Positions 28,646 to 32,000 of a stretch of 32,000 bases of DNA are shown piece after piece; the stretch's first letter is position 1; each line of letters opens with the position of its first letter. The DNA comes from Propionibacterium freudenreichii subsp. freudenreichii. Its GTDB lineage: Bacteria; Actinomycetota; Actinomycetes; Propionibacteriales; Propionibacteriaceae. The position numbers and the translations under genes were made by a program. Location of the stretch: positions 1,080,001 through 1,112,000 of the forward strand of contig NZ_CP010341.1 of NCBI RefSeq assembly GCF_000940845.1. The letters are read 5' to 3'. A model generated the notes under the pieces. It was given only the letters and a program-made list of their open reading frames with translations, was not told where the DNA came from and made no database searches.

Positions 28646-31561
28646 ATGCAATGGGGCGCACAAACACAGACCGATGCCGCAGGCGACGACCTGACGGCCC
28701 GTTTCGAATCCCGACACATCGGGCCGACGCGCAATGATGCGCTCTCGATGCTGGAGTCGTTGGGGTTGCACAGCCTTGACCAGCTCAGCGATCGGGCCAT
28801 GCCGGCGCAGATCCGCATGACCGACTCCCTGCAACTGCCACCGGCTCGCAGCGAGCAGGCCACGACCGCGCGCCTGTCAGAGTTGGCGGCGCTGAACAAT
28901 CCTCGGCGGGCCATGATCGGCATGGGCTACTACGGCACGGTGACCCCCTCGGTGATCCGTCGCCATGTGGTCGAGAATGCCGGTTGGTACACGGCCTACA
29001 CGCCCTATCAGCCCGAGATCAGCCAGGGCCGCCTCGAGGCACTGCTGAACTTCCAGACGATGGTTGCCGACCTCACCGGGCTTCCCCTGGCCGGGGCGTC
29101 GTTGCTGGATGAGGCAACGGCCGTGGCAGAGGCCGCCGCGCTCGCCCATCGCGCGCAGCGGGGCAAGGGGGACACCCTGGTGGTCGATGCCGGATTGCTG
29201 CCCCAGAGCCTGGCAGTCGTGCAGACCCGGATGGGGGCCCTCGACATCAAGATCGTCGAGACCGACGACCTGGCCACCAGCCCGGCGCTCGATGAGGCCT
29301 TCGCGGTCATCGTGCAGACCCCCACCACCGATGGGCGCATGCAATCCACCGGGGAACTGACCGAATTGGCCGATGCCGCCCATGCCAAGGGCGTCATGGT
29401 GATCGCTGCCGCAGACCTGCTGGCACTCACCATGGCAGTGCCCCCGGGACAGTGGGGCGCCGATGTGGTGGTCGGCACCACGCAACGGTTCGGGGTTCCG
29501 CTGTACTACGGCGGTCCACATGCCGGCTACATCTCCGTACGCAAGGGCCTCGAGCGGCAGCTGCCGGGACGCCTGGTCGGGGTCTCACGGGATGCCGATG
29601 GCGTGGTGGCCTACCGCCTGGCACTGCAGACCCGTGAGCAGCACATTCGTCGTGAGCGGGCCACCAGCAACATCTGCACCGCCCAGGTACTCCTGGCGGT
29701 GGTGGCCGCCATGTACGCGGTGTACCACGGACCCTCCGGGTTGCGCAGGATCGCCCACGACATCCACCAGCGCACCCGCCTGTTGGCCGGGGCACTGTCG
29801 GCAGGTGGCGTGAAGGCACGCCATGAGTCCTTCTTCGACACCCTGACCGTCGCCGCGCCGGGCAAGGCCGCCGATGTGGTCGCCAGGGCCCGCGAGCTCG
29901 GCGTGCACCTGCGCCTGGTCGACGCCAACACGGTCGGCATCAGCGTGGGGGAGGATGCCACCGATGAGGACCTCAACCATGTGGTGGCGGCCTTCGGCAT
30001 CAACCCGGACACGCAGGCGGATCCCTGGGGTGGGTTCGGGGCGACGTTGCGCACCGATTCCTACCTGGGCCACCGTGTGTTCAACAGCTATCACTCCGAG
30101 ACGCAGCTGATGCGCTACCTGCGCACCCTGGAGGACCGCGACTTTGCGCTGGACCGGGGCATGATCCCGCTTGGTTCGTGCACGATGAAGTTGAATCCGG
30201 CCACGGCCATGGAGCCCATCAGCTATCCCGGCTTCGCAAACCTGCATCCGTTCGCACCGGCCGAGGACGCACGCGGCTACCGCATCCTGATCGACGAGCT
30301 GTCCGATTGGTTGGTGCAGGTGAGCGGTTATGCGGCCTGCAGCCTCCAGCCGAACTCCGGGGCCTCCGGCGAGTTCACCGGATTGCTGGCCATCCGCGCC
30401 TATCACGAGTCACGCGCCGACCACGACCGCAAGGTCTGCCTGATCCCCTCATCGGCGCATGGCACCAATGCCGCCTCGGCGGCGATGGCCGGGCTGAAGG
30501 TCGTGACCGTCCACTCGGCCCACGATGGCCAGGTGGACCTGGCGGACCTGGCGACGAAGATCGCCGAGAACCCCGGCAGGATCGCCGCGATCATGGTCAC
30601 CTACCCGAGCACCCACGGTGTCTTCGAGGACACCATCACGCGCCTGTGCGAGATGGTGCATGAGGCTGGCGGGCAGGTCTACATTGACGGGGCCAACATG
30701 AATGCGCTGGTGGGTCTGGCCCGGCCCGGCCGCTTCGGCGGTGACGTGACCCACCTCAACCTGCACAAGACCTTCGCGATCCCGCACGGTGGTGGCGGTC
30801 CGGGCGTCGGTCCGATCGTGGTGGCCGACCACTTGGTCGAGTTCCTGCCGAACCACCCGGTCGTCCCGATGCCCGACGCGCGCATCGGTGCCGGCGGAAC
30901 GGTGTCAGCCGCCCCCTGGGGTTCGGCGGGCGTGCTCGCCATCAGCTATGCCTACATCGCGATGATGGGGCCCGACGGGCTCACCAAGGCCACCCAGATG
31001 GCGTTGCTCAATGCCAACTACATCGCCGACCGACTGTCGGACTACTATCCGGTGCTCTACACCGGCGCCAACGACCTGGTCGCCCACGAGTGCATCCTCG
31101 ATCTGCGGGAATTGTCCGCCTCGACGGGCGTCAGCGTCGACGATGTGGCCAAGAGGCTGATCGACTACGGGTTCCATGCGCCCACGATGAGCTTCCCCGT
31201 GCCGGGGACCCTCATGGTCGAGCCCACCGAGAGCGAGGACCTGGGCGAGTTGGACCGCTTCTGCGATGCCATGATCGCCATTCGCGCCGAGATGGACAAG
31301 GTCGCCTCGGGTGCCTGGCCGGTGGACGACAATCCCTTGGTGAACGCTCCGCATCCCGTGAGCAGGATCGGCGCCGACGAGTGGTCACATCCCTATCCGC
31401 GCAGCGTCGCGGCCTTCCCGGCGGGACATCACACGGGACCCATCGAGGGGGAGGGTTCGGACAAGTACTGGCCGGCGGTGGCGCGCATCGACAACGCCTT
31501 CGGTGACCGGCACCTGTTGTGCGTTGCCCCCACCGACGAGCTGCTGGCCCAGCAACAGTAG
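28646..31561 (+). CDS. gcvP: Glycine dehydrogenase (aminomethyl-transferring), glycine cleavage P protein
   Basis: 971 aa with [25 protein letters not shown] and the PLP-lysine context [18 protein letters not shown]. Confidence 0.95.
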   Translation: MQWGAQTQTDAAGDDLTARFESRHIGPTRNDALSMLESLGLHSLDQLSDRAMPAQIRMTDSLQLPPARSEQATTARLSELAALNNPRRAMIGMGYYGTVTPSVIRRHVVENAGWYTAYTPYQPEISQGRLEALLNFQTMVADLTGLPLAGASLLDEATAVAEAAALAHRAQRGKGDTLVVDAGLLPQSLAVVQTRMGALDIKIVETDDLATSPALDEAFAVIVQTPTTDGRMQSTGELTELADAAHAKGVMVIAAADLLALTMAVPPGQWGADVVVGTTQRFGVPLYYGGPHAGYISVRKGLERQLPGRLVGVSRDADGVVAYRLALQTREQHIRRERATSNICTAQVLLAVVAAMYAVYHGPSGLRRIAHDIHQRTRLLAGALSAGGVKARHESFFDTLTVAAPGKAADVVARARELGVHLRLVDANTVGISVGEDATDEDLNHVVAAFGINPDTQADPWGGFGATLRTDSYLGHRVFNSYHSETQLMRYLRTLEDRDFALDRGMIPLGSCTMKLNPATAMEPISYPGFANLHPFAPAEDARGYRILIDELSDWLVQVSGYAACSLQPNSGASGEFTGLLAIRAYHESRADHDRKVCLIPSSAHGTNAASAAMAGLKVVTVHSAHDGQVDLADLATKIAENPGRIAAIMVTYPSTHGVFEDTITRLCEMVHEAGGQVYIDGANMNALVGLARPGRFGGDVTHLNLHKTFAIPHGGGGPGVGPIVVADHLVEFLPNHPVVPMPDARIGAGGTVSAAPWGSAGVLAISYAYIAMMGPDGLTKATQMALLNANYIADRLSDYYPVLYTGANDLVAHECILDLRELSASTGVSVDDVAKRLIDYGFHAPTMSFPVPGTLMVEPTESEDLGELDRFCDAMIAIRAEMDKVASGAWPVDDNPLVNAPHPVSRIGADEWSHPYPRSVAAFPAGHHTGPIEGEGSDKYWPAVARIDNAFGDRHLLCVAPTDELLAQQQ

Positions 31562-31578
31562 GAGGGACGTGGGCTACC

Positions 31579-32000
31579 GTGGTCAGGGTGCGCACAGTGA
31601 CCACGGTGGCCGACGATGGGCCCGCAACCCGTGACCGCGGCGGCAATCTGGCGACCGCGGTCAGCAGACGTGTCACGAAGGTCCTGCAGTGGGCTGCCCA
31701 CACGCCGTGGGCGGCCCACCTGTGGAGGGCCAATGATCGCTACAACAATCGCCTGGGGAACCAGTTCGCGGGGGGCATCACCTATTTCAGTGTCCTCGCC
31801 TCCGTCCCGGTGCTCATGTTCGCCTTCAGTGGCCTGGGCCTCACCCTGACGGTCATCCGTCCCGCCCTGCTCGATGATGTCAAGGGCATCGTGGTGGCCA
31901 ACCTGTATCCCGGCCCGATGCGCGACACCGTGCTGCAATACCTGGAGCAGTACCTCTACCACTGGCAGACGGTCGGACTGATCGCCATCGTCGTGGCGTT
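31579..32000 (+). CDS. YihY/BrkB family membrane protein, 5' part running off the right edge; start approximate
   Basis: Absent from the ORF track because it has no stop in the window. My translation of the frame containing 31720 gives LWRANDRYNNRLGNQFAGGITYFSVLASVPVLMFAFSGLGLTL..., a YihY-like signature. In-frame GTG candidates are at 31579, 31588, 31597 and 31606, after GGAGG at 31561. Confidence 0.5.
   Translation, partial: MVRVRTVTTVADDGPATRDRGGNLATAVSRRVTKVLQWAAHTPWAAHLWRANDRYNNRLGNQFAGGITYFSVLASVPVLMFAFSGLGLTLTVIRPALLDDVKGIVVANLYPGPMRDTVLQYLEQYLYHWQTVGLIAIVVA

Overview
High-GC (about 65-70%) actinobacterial chromosome; gene order resembles Propionibacteriales and Mycobacterium. I did not find a convincing novel multi-gene system: this is mostly conserved housekeeping core with one recent mobile-element insertion. 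Left to right: a 5' cysteine synthase fragment with an in-frame amber codon; a Xi-class GST (CPWA motif); an MHS-type MFS transporter; aconitase; DUF2316; a hypothetical gene; dxs; convergent DUF3000-rnd; msrB-ybaK; and PPK2. An intact IS481-family element (26-nt inverted repeats, 6-bp TCTAGG target duplication) sits exactly on the PPK2 stop codon. Next come cbiX and about 1.1 kb of non-coding DNA holding four tRNAs: Val-CAC on the minus strand, Gly-GCC/Cys-GCA/Val-GAC on the plus strand. After that is the translationally coupled thrS-HIT-pgsA1-patA-pimA block for phosphatidylinositol mannoside (PIM) synthesis. It is followed directly by pgsA2-DUF881-sbp-DUF881-gcvH-garA-MerR-DUF151-MerR-gcvP, syntenic with M. 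tuberculosis Rv1822-Rv1832, and a 5' partial YihY/BrkB gene. No rRNA, CRISPR array or defence-island signature was seen. Items worth a second look are the cysK nonsense codon, the IS architecture (both stop codons lie in one CTAG), a strongly C-rich tract downstream of tRNA-Val(CAC), structured leaders upstream of cysK, thrS and gcvP, and a zinc-ribbon N-terminus on the GarA/OdhI orthologue. All calls come from reading the sequence and ORF track by eye; no database search was run.
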